Assembly (NCBI GenBank): GCA_036172245.1
Contig: JAYWIR010000008.1
Span: 2,914,001-2,978,000, forward strand
Direction: 5' to 3'
DNA from: Raillietiella orientalis
Lineage: Eukaryota
DNA length: 64,000 nucleotides
The first letter of the stretch is position 1. Each line of letters begins with the position of its first letter. Shown here piece by piece: positions 62,120 through 64,000 of this stretch. The notes beneath the pieces were generated by a model. It ran no database searches. It worked only from the letters and a program-made list of their open reading frames with translations, and was not told the DNA's origin. Both the position numbers and the translations under genes were made by a program.

Positions 62120-63900
62120 GGACAGGAACGCAGCACTCCCCTCCACTGTTACGACGCTTTGTTCGATCTTCCCCTGTTCCCAGGACAGTTCTTCGGCCTC
62201 TCAATCGATCATCCACTCTGTCCTGTAGTTTCGCGGAGTGCAGTCGAAGCGAACGAACCGCGACGATGGACTCTCTCTTGCCTTTCGACCTCGGTGAACA
62301 CAGTGGCTACCTGACCTCGTCCCCTAAAGCAGAATGTCTTCCCTGGCTTTGAGGACCCAAGTCCGTCGATAGACGGAGCTCTCCCGCCTTGCTTAATGCT
62401 CGGAGGCAATGAAACTAATTAAATAAAACGATCCCGTTTGGGCTAATTACGTAACCGGGGATGTTTCGTTCTTTTCGCTTCCTTTCCTCAGGACGGGGAG
62501 ACCTTGCAGTCGAAAGAAACGTAATCGAGGATTCCAAAATTACTTCCGCCGGTGTGAAAATTGATCGGAACACCCCTATCGATTAGACAAGAACTTGACG
62601 ATTAATCGACAGACCACTGCAAGGCGTGCCGCGAGCGGAGAGGAGCCAACCATATCCATCTGCAAATACATCAATCGACTGAGGCTCCGCGGAGAGAAAA
62701 CGAGGAGGGAGCGCTTGCGGAAAGGGACAACAGCTGATGCATCCCGCAAGTCCTCGCGAAAAAACAAGAAGCAGAAAGCGGAAGCCGCGCGTTCCAAAGC
62801 CCGCATCCCCTCCCACCCCACCCTCTTTCGCCGACCCTCGCTTGAGGAGTAATGGCAGGTGTCCCGACTCCTCGGCGGACCGGACTCCCTCTTCTCAGGA
62901 CGTTTCGAAAATACATCCTGCCGGACGGGAGAACGGAGAGCTCGCAAAGTCACTGACTGAGGGTCCACGGTTCAGTCCCTGACACGGGGCGGGCACACCT
63001 CAGCTACGAGTCTTCCTGCTCCTGATAAGGAAGAGAGCCTTTGCCAGTCAGAACTGCACGCGCTCTTGATGTTTGTCCTGCTCACGTTTAATCTCCTTCC
63101 TTTTCCTCCTTTCGTCCTTTTATTTGTTTCTTCTGTTGAGTCTCGGGCAGACCCAATTCGGAATATTCCACGGGATCGTCACTGAACTGTCAATGCCAAA
63201 AAAAAAAAAAAAAACAGGGAAGGGGGGGTTGAGAACCAGACTGTGCTCTAGAAACCAACAGACCTCGGATACGCAGCAGCAGCCGCGTTGCGGGGATACT
63301 GCCGGCCAGCCAGTGACGGCTACCCTTAGAAACGCCTCACCGGACCTGCCCTACGCCTTTGTTGCCTCGGACCACGGCCGGAGACTTTTTTTTGTTCCAA
63401 GTGAGCCGTCGCTCATTGTCTTCGCGTGCGGAAATCTGCAAGAATCTCCCCCCTCCCCTACTCCCAAAAACGCTTAGGAGAGCATTAATTCAAATACATA
63501 TTTCGAACAATAATTAAGACCTCGAAGAACAAAAGAACATAAACTCGAAAGCTTGGATCACTGAAGGATATATGGCTCTTCGGAGCTCTCCACACGAGTC
63601 CTCAATGCATGAAGGTGTGTGTGATAACGTAAATACCAGTTTGTTTCCATCCGACGTTCCTTTCTTCTCAGCACACCCATTCTTATAGCTCGTCTTGTTT
63701 GCCAGCGGCCATCATAAGGGGCACACTTTCGGAGTTGTCAGAGATCAAGGCAAGGCCTCTCTGAGACCAGAACCACCTATGGCACCTCGCAAACAGCAGG
63801 GCAGCAGCCGCTTGGGTATACGCAATGCTTGGCCGAATAATCCCCAAGTCGTGACATCATCGTCATTAGCTCGTCTGCGTTGAGATGCGCGAGCCTCGTC
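62120..63900 (+). pseudogene. Possible decayed LRR fragments
   Basis: AALPSTVTTL, LRNASPDLPYAF and FACGNLQESPPS. Confidence 0.3.
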
Positions 63901-64000
63901 TGATGCGCCCTACCCGAGTGCCACCCAAACACCCACTTGATTTTTTTTTCTTTTTTCCTTTTTGTTTTTTCTCCAGCGGTGCCAGTCGCTGTATGGGCTG

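Noticed and set aside
62940..63000. tRNA-like segment (cacggttcagtccctg)
   Set aside because: Imperfect B box and no cloverleaf.

Overview
GC-rich eukaryotic DNA, most likely from a plant or streptophyte (inferred from the domain types). I found no intact protein-coding gene. The window reads as a graveyard of heavily decayed plant-type NLR immune-receptor genes on both strands, with frameshifts and stops throughout. It holds at least two TIR-NB-ARC-LRR relics (about 5750-7500 and 9700-12670, minus), several isolated NB-ARC and LRR fragments, and one relic with an RLK/Pelle-like kinase directly upstream of NB-ARC-LRR (about 48150-53215, minus), possibly preceded by a second kinase. Interspersed are L1/Tx1-like LINE 3' fragments (GGLGL motif, CCHC zf-RVT, shared AATAAA-containing terminus) and a repeat family with a tRNA-like double B-box head that is joined to LINE sequence. 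One head copy is present as a near-perfect 804-bp inverted repeat (16811-17614 / 18844-19648). The 32-41 kb block may hold relics of a DIRS-like tyrosine-recombinase retroelement. All protein-domain calls come from manual translation and motif recognition across frameshifts, without database searches. Boundaries of decayed relics are approximate (about +/-100 bp). The exact repeats are directly visible in the sequence.
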